Shown: in pieces, positions 25,261 to 39,150 of the stretch
Layout of the letters: each line of letters starts with the position of its first letter
Position numbering within the stretch: the stretch's first letter is position 1
Assembly (NCBI GenBank): GCA_002633005.1
Contig: NMRA01000092.1
Span: 417,738 to 481,737, forward strand
Length of the DNA stretch: 64,000 nucleotides
Origin: Phoronis australis
Taxonomy: Eukaryota > Animalia > Phoronida
Direction of reading: 5' to 3'
Notes under the pieces: model-generated
What the model saw: the letters and a program-made list of their open reading frames with translations, nothing else
Databases searched by the model: none
What the model was told of the DNA's origin: nothing
Program-made: the position numbers and the translations under genes

Positions 25261-26007
25261 TGGACAAAGTGAAAAACAATCCTTCAGCAATAACCTGAAA
25301 GAATTGAACCTAATTCAGAAAATCAGCCCTGATTATGGACTCCGTTGCATTGGGAAAATTACAATTGTTTTTAACAATGTTGTTTCTTTGTATGTATGTG
25401 GTTGTTCAGTTTGCCATGTTGTTCTTAAATACATTGATCATTGTATTCTCGAATCTTGTGCATAGCAGATTCTTATCCAGCAAGCTACAATTGAAAATAT
25501 ACTTTTCTTGCATGTGGAACTTTTGTTTATAGACAAGTTAACACAAAACTTAAAATTGTTCAAAGGCCTTCGTAAGAAAGCTCTAAAAATAATTAAACAC
25601 ACAAACAAATCAAATGCAAACAAACACAATACTTCATTTTGATCGCTGCACATTTCTATAGGTCAACAGGAAAATGACAATTCGCAAGCGTATTCGGTAA
25701 TCATTTCAGCTTTATAAAGAATAAGCACAACTGCACAGTATGGGGCTTTAAAACTGAAGAAATATTGTGGTTTCAATAATTAGTGACAAACTTGCCTGTT
25801 GATGAAAAATTTATTCAATCAAAGTGTAACACTAACGGGCTTTCTACTGACAATAAGACAATCGATGCAGTCACTGAATGTCATTTCATCATAATGTGTA
25901 CCAAATTGAAAAGTTTTTACCATTAGTATAAAGCCTTTCTTCTGAAAGGAAACGTTAATGTCACTCAGTGAGAAAGGACAGGTATTTATACCAGATGTTT
26001 TTGGTGT

Positions 26008-27970
26008 TCATTTCACTGGATCCAGTTTCAATGGCCTATAGAAGCGCTTGTAAAAAAGGTCCAGTTTTGGTACGTGGCTTTCCTTCATGTAACCTCATTC
26101 AGCCTCAATAACATCCACAATTAGATCCTTGAAGATAAACACAAAAGCATTTCACTTGACTCATTTTGTGCCCAAAATCTGACCCTGAACTAGACCAGAG
26201 TGTCACTAGGTCTTATTTAGCTTCAGTCCCTCAAGTTTCTTCCAGGAAAGGAAATGAGCTATTGTCCACACGACGCATTGCCTATGAAAGGGCATCCTCA
26301 CCAATGAGGCTCACTTGTGTAGCAATCACATATAGTTCCTCATCATACACAAACAATCCACTGGCACACTGTCTTATGGTAACTTAGTACTGCGATCCAG
26401 GGCCACTGACATGTACATTGTGCCATGCACTGCTGGTGTATAGAAATGATGTGGGAAGAGAAAGGAGTAACAAACCTTGTGTATGTTACAGCTTGAAGTG
26501 GTCTTAAAATGTTACTGAACCTGGAGCAAATATTAAAATATGAATAATTAAGTACTCCAGGTTGGGTCACAAACGCTACGCCTGTTTTTCAAAAATATGA
26601 TATGGTGACTGCTCTACAATTTCACACAAAATTAAATAATTACTATTTTCAGAAAGCAAGGGTGTATATAATAAGTATTGTATAAAACTGCGTCTTTATT
26701 TTTCATTCGTAACCATAACAGTTCTATAAGCGTATCACTTGTCTGCAAAATGTGCAAGTTTTTTGAGACAACTTCAAACCTTTGTTACCCATTTTCAAGC
26801 CTTTTTATTTTTAATACTTTCATCAATTTTAAACTCCGATTACTGATTCATGGGTCTGTCAAGCATACTTCTAGTCTAAGGCTGAGGGAACCGTTTTGCC
26901 GACTTTCTATTTTTCTTCTAATAGAAGATATGAAGACTTGGGTCATTTAAAATTGATGGATAATCTTTTTGTTGTTTAAGAATAATTACAAATCGTAAGG
27001 AACCATCAAAAATGCAATTTTTACAAAAAATGGCAGTCATTTGAATTTATAAACCACTTGCAACATTTAAAGGCATGAGTTAAGACTATTCAGTCACTGA
27101 GAATTCAGAAAATGTAATATATTTTTATGGGTTTACAATTGATAGCTAAACAGTTAAATGAAATAAACTTGGAAGAAACTTCATGAAGGTTAAAAATTAC
27201 CTCACCATGCTCTCTCCCCAGACATGTATTACCTATTATTTCCACACATTCAGTTGCACCAAATTTTACAACCCCAACCCCCTATGCCATTCCCCTGCTA
27301 AGGACCTGAATAAGTAAATTAACAAAACGACTTACATACCTTTCTTTAAAAATAGCTATTCCTTTTCAAAGGCTTTGTTCGTTGTCTCCAATATTGAAAG
27401 TAGGCTTTGACAACAGATCTGCTCTGGATGGGAAGATCTTGCTGGTTAGGTGCAGTCAAATGCTTAAAACCAATTTTTGTCCATTCAGGGACAGTGCAGA
27501 AGGGATGCATATCTCCTCTGCATGGTACAAGCCCTCAAACCTAAAAACCAAAGATCAGGTAAAAACAGACATGACAAATTTCCATTTCAACATGTAATAG
27601 ATTTCTGGAAGACATAGAATAGGGAGTAAACAAATAGTCTAATGCCGGATATTTGTCACGTACCCATTGCCATGGGCTTGGATTGTAATCTTAACTCACT
27701 AACCAATATTGAATTGACAGCATAAACATTCAGCATTGATTGATGTAACTGTCACTGATCAACCTGTAAGAAATCATTCCAAACAATAATACTGCTTTGA
27801 TGTACGTAAAGATCCCGAGTGCTACGTCAAGTATCGTAAAACAAATCGCAACAAACAAAGATTAACCCGACTGGCGACTGCCGCAAAGTTGACATCGGCG
27901 AGTACCTCAGTTAGCAGGCATCTGCTGAATAAACATGGAATAATCGTTAAAATAATCACAAACCTTACCT
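26008..27970 (-). pseudogene. SWIM zinc-finger / YqaJ-like exonuclease accessory gene remnant
   Basis: Spliced remnants: exon about 27540-27341 (WTK..LP..VKAYF), a SWIM-like AQCTC and YTSEPHW*GCP at 26420-26290, and the C-terminus FVFIFKDLIVDVIEAE*GYMKESHVPKLDLFYKRFYRP typical of YqaJ/lambda-exonuclease domains. Confidence 0.7.
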
Positions 27971-29189
27971 TTGTATAAAGTCGAGCTTACTTACTCTCAT
28001 AGAAGCACCCTTTCCATGCAATAGCAGATTCATTTGGCACGGGTATAAGCCATTTCACCATGTATTTAAAGGGCTCGCGAAATCGAGGCTGCCTAATCTA
28101 TCGCCACTAGTACACGTGCGCCCTATAGTTAAGGTAAATTTTCCGAATAGCCCCATTATAGAACTGTTGCTTTATGCAACTGGGTATATTCAATTAATAA
28201 AAGTTGGAATTTTGTTTTCCAAAACATAGCAGTAGGCCATATCACAATTTAAGCGAGGTAGAGCCTACGTAGTTCTAACCGCAAAACACCACCATGCGAA
28301 AGTGAAAGTTCAAGTAGCCGGCTACAAGGGCGTTAGCTTCTTCGATGCTAATTGTGCTTTAATATGAGGTTCGTTCCCATAATCTTGGCCCTTGCATTGC
28401 TGGTACTGTCTGCTGATCTCTCCTATGTTCACTCCAGCCTGATAGCAGTGCCGTCCGCTAATTTATTTTTTATGCCCGTATGCGAATTTCGATCAATCTC
28501 CGCCACAAGCCCAGGCGTCATTTAACAATTCACGCACCATGGGTCAAACGACCCATGAAAGTGACGAGTGGAAGAGGAGCAACTTTGACTAAAGATTAAT
28601 AGGTTCACACTGTGTTATAGATGGCTTCAAAATTCTTATCCTTGGTGCGAGAGAGCCCAAACATTATGTGTAGAATACAAAGTAGCCTAGTAAATAGAAT
28701 GTCAGTAGGGAGACATAAAGATTTATTTACAACATGAACATTTATAACGTATACTGCACGACAAACTAGGACATGGATTTCTGCTTTTCATAAAGTCTGT
28801 TTTGACACTGAACAACATCGTTTCGTCAATTCGGGTGCATAGCAAAGTGAAGATCGGGGTGCTGAGAGGAAGGTAAGTGGGCCACAGGTTGGCAGAAAAT
28901 TGAAGCCGTGACCCAAGGATTCGACTTGGTAACACAACGGTCTCATCACCGGTGCTTATTAATTAGTTGTTAATCCAAATATAAAGTGTGACACTGTGGT
29001 GATTATGCAAAAGTCGGACAACATTTGCATAGTGAAACCGCAATCGAGCGTGGTAAATATTTTGAGTCCGTGATTACGACTGCCAAGAAAATGTGTGAGA
29101 ATTTTTACCGTAGTTCATACAGAGTGCACAGTTGCGCAACTCCGTCAATTTCTTTGATAACCTAACTTTGTTTTTGAACTTTCAAAGAG

Positions 29190-29610
29190 TAAATAAGTTT
29201 GTGATTGGTCGGCCCGAGCCGCTCAGTGTCACACTAATGACCTATTCTGTCAGGAGACATCTCTCATTATAATGTTAGAAACCATCGGGACAATGCGCAT
29301 GCTAGGCTCATGTGCTCAGTCATTGACTGCGCTACTGAACTGAAGGAAGAAAAGAACTTTACATGCAGGTTTTTAGTGGTCAGTATGCAGTAGAACTTGC
29401 ACGTTAATTCTTTATCTGTGTGAAACACAACAACATACAGCGACAATGTGAAAATGAAGTAGGTTGAAAATTGCCTAATGTTTGTAAGAACGAGATTTGC
29501 ATTTGAAATGATCAACCATAAATTACCCAACCATGCCCTGTAAGTTTTGTGACATGGTGTTGGGGAATAACACTGCATGATGTGGGCTATGTGATCTTGT
29601 GAGGTACGTC
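29190..29610 (+). promoter_or_regulatory. Candidate FAM53 promoter and non-coding first exon
   Basis: CpG cluster, ATTGG near 29204, NRF1-like TGCGCATGC near 29294, donor GAG|gtacgt near 29604. The link to FAM53 is inferred. Confidence 0.4.
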
Positions 29611-30600
29611 GTTAGTGCAGCGGTCACCTACCGGGTATTTGTGAAATTTTTTGTTTTAAAATTTATAAGTTGTCAGTGTAGACAACTGCACTTTGTTTAG
29701 CGTAAATGATGTTTATATAGCATTGTCGTTTAGTTCCTGCTATACATTAGCATAGATAGGAGCATGCAAATACATCTTTAAAATACACACTAGTGTTGGC
29801 TTACATACTAAATGTGGAGGGATGCCAAGCCCATAGCTCACCAATTGCTTACTGACACATTTCCATGTGGTAAGGTAACGGTTAAAATATTGATTAAAAT
29901 TTTCTTGTAGATGTGCAAGATTAGCTCTAAGAACAGAACACATCACATAAGTATGCCTGCTATGGCGAAATATTCATGGCTAGAAGTTTCCTCGGAGGTG
30001 CATCAGTTGTTGATCACAGTGTCATGGTTTTAATCAAATAGTATTGAAGAGAGCAGAACGTAGAAACTCAGGATTCAAATTAAGGTCACGGAAAAAGGAA
30101 TGGCTCATTTCATTTGATGTCTTTCTCGTTTGTGAAACTCCAGTCTATAGAAACTCCATAACAACTGCCGTTTCCGTTCTTTCTAAAGGCCCTTTCATAC
30201 TAACGCCGACGCATCAACATTTTGGGGAGTTGCGGTCATTATGAATGGTTAAGTCCGGACCTGGATTGAAGTTATCAACGCCAATTAACTTTGCACTAAA
30301 AGGTAGATATAACAGCGGAGTGTTGACGCTGTAGAGCAGTATGAATGGGTAGCTTCGATATCGCCAGGGACCACTGCTATCGTCAACAATTAAAAAGCAG
30401 TAGTGTCGTCGCTATTACATGTGGAGAATTTCTCATCGTCAATAAATGTGGAGAATTTCTCGCTTACAATGGTCACCCTCAGATTCCCTTAGCCCCAGGC
30501 AATTTTATGATACCTATTCAGCACCCCCTTTGTATTGATGTAGATATGAGCTAATGAAGTGGAAAGGTAATAGCTAGCACTATTGTCTCAACAGTGGTGA

Positions 30601-31080
30601 TTGTTATTACACTCAATTGGTTCTGGCATTTGCATAGACTTACTGCCTACAACTGCAGAGTAGTTTTAACTTGGTACATTTTAAGTATTACAAAAAGACT
30701 AAAAAAAGTTAATTTGTGTTTATTTTGACAAAGGGCCACTTCCCAAAGGAATGATGGTTTTAAATGTTTCATATCGGTTTTCGTTATTTCATTTTTATTA
30801 CTCTTGTCTTCCTGGTTTTTTTCTTACTGGGACGGGTCGGTATATTTTGATCGCCAGTGAAACTTAATTACTTTAGTTAATTGTGAAGCCATCCCTGAAC
30901 TTTCCAGGTTACAGCTACATTAAACATCTCGCAGAAAAACAAAACTCTTTATCAAGATAAACGCAAATTAACTTTCTTTAGTCTTTTTGTAATATTTAAA
31001 ATGTTCTAAGTTAAATCTACTCTCCACAGTTGCACTCTGTAAGTTATGCAAATGCCAGAACCATTTGGGTGTAATAACAA
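30601..31080. mobile_element. Foldback MITE with inverted arms of about 130 bp
   Basis: 30601-30733 is the approximate reverse complement of 30948-31080 (TTGTTATTACAC.CAA.TGGTTCTGGCATTTGCATA...TATTACAAAAAGACTAAA). No clear TSD. Confidence 0.8.
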
Positions 31081-31261
31081 CCACAAAGTGTAAATATGGT
31101 AAGAGCCAAAGCGAAGATTTGGAATCTCTGGACAATTTTGGTTGCACTGTCTACATAACTATAGCTTTTTGCCAGTCATAAAAAAGAGTGGGCACAAGTT
31201 AAGTACAACTAGTCAAAAATCTGGTTAGATGAGATTGAAAGACTACTAAAACAATAATCCA

Positions 31262-33362
31262 CAGGGCTCGACATAACGAGCTGCAGGTCGCATTTGCGAC
31301 CTGAAATTTTGAAATGCGAGCTGAGATTTTTGTCAGCTCGTATCAAGTCGCAAAATGCGACTTCGAATTTCCAACGAATGCGAGCTGAGTTTTTACACTT
31401 CTCAACAGATACCTGACAAATACAAAGCAACGCTTGTTAATCCGACTGTTATTTGGTTGTTGCCAAATCCAAGTTCAAAAGAACACTAACCGAGAACAGC
31501 CCTCCCGATGACTTGTAAGCAAGTTGCGTGAACATGGGATATGCAGAATCGATCTTTGACGCGTTTCATTGGCTAACATTTTCGGCCACTTTTGTAAATT
31601 ACCGAATTCGCCAAAGACAAAGAAAGTTTCGGCCACTGCTTAACACGTGATAAAACTTCACAAACAACGATGTTTCTACTAATTCTTAAGCGATCAACTT
31701 ACCAAACTTTGTGGTGGACAAAAATGTTTATTTTTCACATAAGATGTCCTTACATGTACCAAATATCCACGACAATATCCCTGATATCGCACTGCGGCAC
31801 CGTTAGCGCGCAAGCGGTCCCGGCAGACAATCGTGACTTAGACTGAGATGTGCTTCTCCTTTTTATCGTATTAAGAAAGCCAAAGTGAAAATGACAACCT
31901 TATTAATCGCCAAATGACGGTCACGTCTTTACTTTCAGTTGCCAAAAAATTCTCAAACTCTTTACTTGTTTCTGGGGCTACGTGCGCGAAATATGATTTG
32001 TCTTTCACATGTTGTTGCCAACGTAAAGTGTTGGCCTACTCCAGCAATTCAAGTGCGTGAACTCACGCGTGCGCACCACTGCAAAGAACAGCGACAGTCC
32101 CAAATGAAAGAGTATACCGTCCTGTTCCGATGTTTCCCGAGGTCGACGTTCTGTAAACCCTGTATTCTATGCCCGTAGCCAGCTATTGCAACTAAACGGG
32201 CACTAGATGCGAAATTGTGGTTCAAGTTAGCGAACTTTCCATTCTTCTCTTTATACATCCCCCCGACAACTTTTCGCTCCCCGAACCACCGTCGCCGTAA
32301 AATGTTCAGACTCCTATAGAAACAACCTTGTTCTGGCTGAAGCGGGCAGTTAAAAACAAAATCATTCCGGGTGGCTAAAAAGGGTACAATTTAGGTGGTA
32401 ACGGTATCCAGAAAGTCGCCCCTACTAGATGGAGTTTGCCTCGCAAAATCGCATTATTATAACGTCTCTTACCATTGCAGCGTTTTAATATCTTATTACC
32501 GCAAAAACTGAGGTTAACGACTATGCTCACGCACAAGCCTACTCCCTACCTTTAAAGTGTTTCATAATAAGCGCTCACTGATCTATTAAAAGTCCACCCT
32601 TAAATTTTGAGAATTTCCAATGAAGCGCTCACAGTTCAAGCTAGCGTCCATCATAGCGCACTACAAACGACCGCGTGTGGTTTAAAATTGACACGCAGCT
32701 TATATGGTGTGTCACTTTCATTTTACACAACTTCAGTGTTCAAAAACGTCTTTTCACAATATGTAAAAACCAAATCCAGACTTTGTTTTATACCTCGGAA
32801 AGAAAGTTAACACTAGTGACATGCGTGTCGCTTTGTGACTGACCAACTAGTATTTTTCCCGTACTTGGAAGGTATTGAGGAGCAAACTCGCCATTACCCG
32901 AGTTAGTTTGAATCGTTAACGACTTTGATAACAGTCAGTAGCAGGCCAGATCTAACAAAATCCCGGATACTTTTTCAACGGGAATTTTCTCCCTTTTCAC
33001 ATCGCAAATTTAGCTACTCGAATGCACAAGTCAGTTAGAGAGCACTGATTCAACTTTCACGTCGGCAACTTGCCTTGCGCTCTAGAGTCTTTCAATGGCG
33101 GTCGTGAAGAACAGTAAGGCCGTACCTGCATGAATGAAGTCAATTTTGAGATCCGAAATTTGTGAGTATTTAACGCTGCAGGTAAGAGCATAATCTAAAC
33201 ATTTTCTCGACGATCTAAAAAAAATTATTTTGGCGCGTAAAAATGGCGGGAAAATTTTGCGACCTGGCATTTACGAATGCGAGCTGGATTTTGAAAATGC
33301 GACCTGGGATTTTGGCTAGGTCGCAAAATGCGATCTGGCGATTTTAATAGCGTCGAGCCCTG
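31262..33362. mobile_element. 2.1-kb non-autonomous hAT-like element with 5-bp TSD
   Basis: Perfect 11-bp TIR CAGGGCTCGAC / GTCGAGCCCTG, ATCCA directly flanking both ends, and subterminal TGCGAC/TGCGAG repeats at both ends. Confidence 0.85.
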
Positions 33363-36038
33363 ATCCATGTGATATCGTTAACTCTGATCAGTGTTGAAAA
33401 TCCACCGAGTATATCAATACGTACGGTCGTTTATCTTCAATCGTACCCAATGTTTATAGTTTTTAGCTTATTAGTTCATCGATTTTTAAAAATCAAAACT
33501 ATACTTGATTGTTTTTTTAGCTGATTTTAGCTGAATACCGCCATGGTGTTCATTCTTAATGAACATTATTGCATAATGCATTTTGAAAATTCGCCAGTAT
33601 GTACAGGCAGAGATGTTTACTACTGTTTATAGTCGGGTAATTATTCTTAATTCGGTCTTGCTCGCACCGGACAATGCGGTCATCACAACTGTATCCGTCT
33701 TTGGCGCCGTGCTCACTAATGATCCTGGTAGAAGCCGCTCAGAAGGACGAGCGGTGAAAATTCCCGCATATCTTTAGATATGCATGACTTCCTTGTAAGC
33801 GTATTATTCATGGTATATTTGCTAATATTTTGTTCGAATTAACACCAATCGAGTTAGGAACAAATTTTATCAACGTAAATGTTCTCAAATTGCCATATTA
33901 AAAAAATCTTATTGCGCAAGGGATGCATCAGTGGAACCTTGCGAAGGCTTTGATGACGGCAACGTCACCTGTCATTTACTTTGATGCCGTTGTTACTTTT
34001 GGTATGAACAGTTGAATTGACTTTGCAGTTTACATTGACGCTTCACTCATTGTGGTACCAGAGTTAAGTTAGTGTGAAAGGACTTTTTGTTGTGGCATCA
34101 GAATTATTGCTAGTTCTAGAGATTAAACACCAGACAGCTAAGTTGATTTGAACTTTTGATTGAACAGATTCCTTGTACTTCGCGATCTCAAGCTATTACT
34201 CCCATCAGAACGGAATTGACCTTTCCTATTGCAGGGGAAGTTGCTCAACTTTTCCTCTTAATCTACCTTTTTTGAGGGGAGTTATGCTTTCCCACTGATA
34301 GAAACTCAACAAAACATGGAGTTGTGGTGTTGCTAGGAAAGCTGCAGTAATCCATTTACAATAGTTGTTTGTTTAGGATGCACTGTGAACACACCTTGTC
34401 TGCAAGATTAATTTAGGGCTCTTGGGTCTAATGAATATAATTATTATAAAATTGTGGAATGAATGTTCATAGCTGGCACCCTTACATAGTATTGAAATGA
34501 TTATTGTTACCTGTCGGCGGCCAAGTTTGGCGATCACCAGGCACCACCCACTGGTGGCCACATGACATGGAAATCCCCGCCAGTGCCTTGGCGAAGGGCC
34601 CAGGATGGGCCCAAAAGCTTTGTTCTCAAATATACCCAGGTTGCCGATAGGTAACAATCTTTATTTTTTGGCTTATTCCTCATTCAGGTTCTAAGTTATT
34701 TCTTGGGAAGAACTGTGGGTTTATTATTGCTCTGAGCCAGGGCCAATTAAAGTTGGCTTGATCCAGTGGGCCATTTATGCACTGAGCATAGCCTCAGGCA
34801 ATAACTTCACGAACATTCTTTCCAAGCTCAAGAAACACTTCTAATCTGAGTGAGGTATAAGTCGAGACAATTTTTGTAATGGTCCCGTTTTAGCCCTATT
34901 GGTGGTGAAAAGGCAACTTTGCCCTTTTTGCAGAAGGTGTTTTTAGCATTGAAAAAGACCTCATTAAAGGCATACTTAGCATCTTGTTTGTATATTCATT
35001 CAGATAAGATTTTGGAGCTTTTTGACATGACCAATTTCCCACTACTCTGTATACAGTTTGGAATTCATGAATTGCTTCTGAAGGTAGAAGATGGAAATGA
35101 CCATGTTGGCAATTCTTTTTGTGTGAATTAGGTCTAGAATTATTGAATGCATCCCAAACCTAATTAGAAATATTATTTTTAATCGGCGATTTTGACTTGA
35201 TCTATGACTATTTCTCCATTTGTCCTTTAATAACCGTAGCTCAATGTCAGTGTACTTTATAATCGCCGTTCGCTAAACGTGAGACTGGAATGAAAAACAT
35301 GGAAAGTGCTATTACGATAGGACGCTTTTCAAATGTGCACTTTATTTTTTCCAAGTGCTTAGTTTGTTCCCTTGGATTTCAGGTTCTATCCCCTTTTCAA
35401 ACTATTATTTGATCAAACCAGCGCAATTGCATTTGTGAGCACATTCCCTGTTTTTCAAGTTGTTTTCTCAGTGAGCTATGTTCCTAGCCCCTCCATTATC
35501 AGGCTTGTAATACTCAAGCCCATGAATGGCCCCAGTTATAGTACACAATAACACTCTATAATTGTCCACATTGAGAACACAAACTGCTATAATCCATTCA
35601 AGTGGACTTGCACAATGCCTTTCACATCTGTAGGAAAACAAGCAGTGTACATAAACCTCTTTCACCATTCATAAATAGCACATTTCTCTGGGGCTATGTT
35701 ATAGTTTCTGGTTGTTTATGTAGTAGGGGATCCATTTCATTTAAGCACGTTGGACCCCCTGCCATAAACTTCTAGCCTGTAAGTTTGTTATAGAAAATAG
35801 TTAACAACTAATTGTCATCATTTGTTCACTTGCTCTACCGTATTATTTTTTTTACTTTGCCATTATCAGAAATGGAGGTGGCCCATTGAAATAAGATTTG
35901 TCGCTGGATGGTGTTGAACTTAAAATGTTTGTTAAATCTTCAGTGCCACCTTAATAGGTGATATGGAGACAGATAAAAGTGGTGTTGTGTGGTATTTATT
36001 ATTATTTTTAGCAGTCATAACGTCATCCTAGGAACCAG

Positions 36039-36286
36039 GGGCCCGTTCCAACAAAACTGACTTAGCTAAGTCAAATCTTAAATTTCAATGAATTTTAAAA
36101 TTAAAGTTAAATTTGTCTCAAATCCAATCCAAGAAAGAGATCTTAAGTTTGACTTAAGTGTTTGACATACGTTTTGTCTGAATTTTGACTAACTTACCGA
36201 ATGTGGAAGTTTCAAAGTTTGGAAGTTAAGACAAATCTTAAACTTAAGTCAAATATGAACTTAAGTCAGTTTCTTGGAACAGGCCC
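36039..36286. mobile_element. Harbinger/Tourist-type MITE
   Basis: TIR GGGCC.GTTCCAA..AAACTGACTTA, 3-bp TSD CAG (36036-36038 and 36287-36289), internal ACTTAAGT repeats. Confidence 0.85.
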
Positions 36287-38997
36287 CAGAACTTCAGGTT
36301 CCTAGGGCCATCAAATCATATTTTTTGTGTTGTGAATGCTCAAATGACTTGTTTAAAATGCCAATGTCGAGAAATATCCTTTGTCTTTGTCAGCTTGACT
36401 CATCTTGCCGTGCGAAATTTAGCATTTGAAGTTAGATTGGAGCTCGCACCATCGAGGCTGAGATGTTGTACATCTGATGTTTCATTGTTGTTAAAATGGG
36501 ATTTCATTTTCATGTGATTGTTGGTACAAAGTGTCTTATGTACAAGTACATGAAATAGCCTCATGGTTGAACATATTTTCAAGCAAACTGGTGTGAATTT
36601 TTCACTGAGAAACCCTGTTCACTTATTTTATAATGGTTATGATGTACATATTTGTTGATGGTGCCACTATCTACATGAGCTGTCTATTTCCCAAGTCACA
36701 TAAGGTACAGAAATTTATCACCTGTTTAGCTTGGCTTGAACAGTCTTGATTGCATAAAACAACATTTAGTGAAAGTTTCAATGATTTACAGCTAGGAGAA
36801 TCAGCGTCTGAAAAATAGAAAAAAAGACCATTTTGTCACCTAGTCCTATATTTGGGCTAAATAAGTAAAGAATTACTGTATGAAATAACTATCCAGTTTT
36901 CATGCCCAATCATGTTTCAGAACAGATTCAAATTGGCCAATTACCAGAGTGGAAACTAGTTGCATTTTAGTCACATTGTCTATCATATGTCCCTTGTCAT
37001 TTGAACTGTTTGTTCATCATGGAGGTTGTTGAAACTTACATTCTCTGGTTATAGTGAGAACTGGACTTCTGATCATTTCTTGTCATCCAACCTTGACAAA
37101 ACATTGCCACTTGACACCATATCAAACAATGGAAAATAGACTGAGCCAATACCAAATGTGAACATTACTACAACTTCATCTGATAGAATAAATACCAGTA
37201 TAGTCAATACTTGATAAGAACCGGAATTCATTCAGAAATAAAGTGGCTGTGCACTGAGTAACACACTTTCTTACTTTAACATGCTGCCTGGCTCTGTGGT
37301 AATTCACCTTTTGATTCACACAAAAATAATAAGTCAAAACTGTTTTTTCATTTTTAAAATTCAGATTACTCTGTTACAAATAATAGAAACGTTGCTAAAT
37401 TTTATTTTTAGTACCTACATAGTACTATGCTAGTAATAATTCTGATTCACGCGGCGGATATTGAAATCCAAAGCGAGGCTCACTGTGATAAACAAAGCGT
37501 AAGTTGACATTGCGTGAGTTGAATTTCTGGTCTTTCGAGTCCAACCTGGATACGAAATATTAAAAATGCGTCACTAACTAACCACAGAGATGTGAGAAAA
37601 TACATAAAGAGCAAGTAAATGCACCAAAGAGTTGTCTGACGAATGGGTATAAGTATTTCGGTAAGCTAGATTAGAAACATGAAAAGTAAATATGACCGCA
37701 GCGATCGTGATACGGATTAGGTATATGGTGAATGCAAAGTTACGCTTCTTATAAATTGTTGATAAAAAAATGCTTCCTACACGAACTAGGTCATCTGCTT
37801 GTACTTTTGAGGAGTTGAAGATATATTTGACAGTGGTGGCTCATTGCATTTTGCTGTCATGTGCAAGCCTGGTCTCTTATCTTTTTACTCGAAATGGGAC
37901 TCGAAATTATGTGTATTATTCTATGCTCGAGCACATAATGACTTACGTGGATAATTTATTAGTTCGAGTTTGCAGTTGATAAACCCAAAATTAAGGCTAA
38001 AAGTTTGAGTTTTATCTGGAAATTTCGAGTTTTTCCTCGAGTTTGTAGCACGAATATAAGGGTCTTCCAAGTGCAAACTTGGACTAGAAACTCATGGGCA
38101 AAAACTATAATGTATTCGAGTACAGTCTGATAACCACTTATATTGAGTTCGCACAAAAGGAGCACAGAAATTGACAAAAATAATTTTGAGTTCGTTTCGA
38201 GTACAAAGATCAGCATAGCCTAGGTCCTGGTAGTGAGATAGGGACTTAGGGACTAACAGTTGATTTGTCATTGATCTGCAGGAATGTTATTAAATATATT
38301 CTTATTAAAACAAAAATCCAGGCTTGTAATTGAAACTAAAAATTATTTGACCATCAATACTGCTTTCTCGATTTTGATAATTCTTACATCTATTTCATGT
38401 GTTAGGTTTCAAATATCAATCTGGACTAAGTTCGTCCAAAGCATAACCTGAAAAAATAACCCATCTCGTTTTAGAGCTCAATTTCAGTTAACTGGGCAGA
38501 GCAAGCATATAGTTATCATGTTTCTTCAGGGGCCTCGTTCATCCGAGGGAAAGGTGCCTGTGCTTTCTGAGCGGGAAATTTTTTTGCTGACTGAGGAGCA
38601 ATTCTACCTCCCGATCACCGTCAGTGGCATCCCCTCCCTGTTAATTGCAAGCTCTCATAGGCTCTATCTCAAGTATCATTTTGTGCTCTTTCAAATTGTC
38701 ACCTGTGTGGTTACAGGTGATTTGAACTTCGAGACAAAATTTGCAATTTTTATGCCTTGTGGGGGAAATTTCGTGTCATTTTTCACTATTTTTGAGAGGG
38801 AAATAGGGCCGATATTCGGTCCCAAAATGGAGGGATTGAGGACCATGTTCTTTTTGGAAAGAAATGCATCATGTTTCAATCCGTAGTCTTGAAAATACAG
38901 CCTGGCTGGCCAAAGATTCACCAGTCGTTGCTATGATGCTCGGCAACTGAGATACGACAAAATGTGATCAAACTTTCAAAAAAATTATCAATTTTAC

Positions 38998-39150
38998 CTG
39001 GAAAAATTTTCCTTCGTTGCGGTGTATGGCAACGACCCTACGTTTCCGAATATCAACGTCCTTAGGGATTGTGAAAAAAGACAGTTGAATGTCCGTATTT
39101 TTTCTATTGCCGTCCGAGCAACGCGGAACACAACTTTGCTGATTAGCCAT
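38998..39150 (-). pseudogene. Second THAP-domain first-exon remnant (transposon-derived)
   Basis: MANQQSCVPRCSD...LSFFTIPKDVDIRKRRVVAIHR...FFQ|gtaaa; the conserved first Cys and the Trp are substituted. Confidence 0.65.

Larger units (their letters stand above)
24236..28154. mobile_element. Decayed, internally deleted ISL2EU-type (PIF/Harbinger-related) DNA transposon
   Basis: TIRs GGGGCTGTTCAGAGAATT / AATTTTCCGAATAGCCCC (15/18 identical), AT on both flanks, a THAP remnant on + and a SWIM/YqaJ remnant on -. Confidence 0.8.

Noticed and set aside
37770-38220. TCGA-rich segment as a defined MITE
   Set aside because: Repeated CTCGA/TTCGA words are visible, but TIRs and a TSD could not be fixed.
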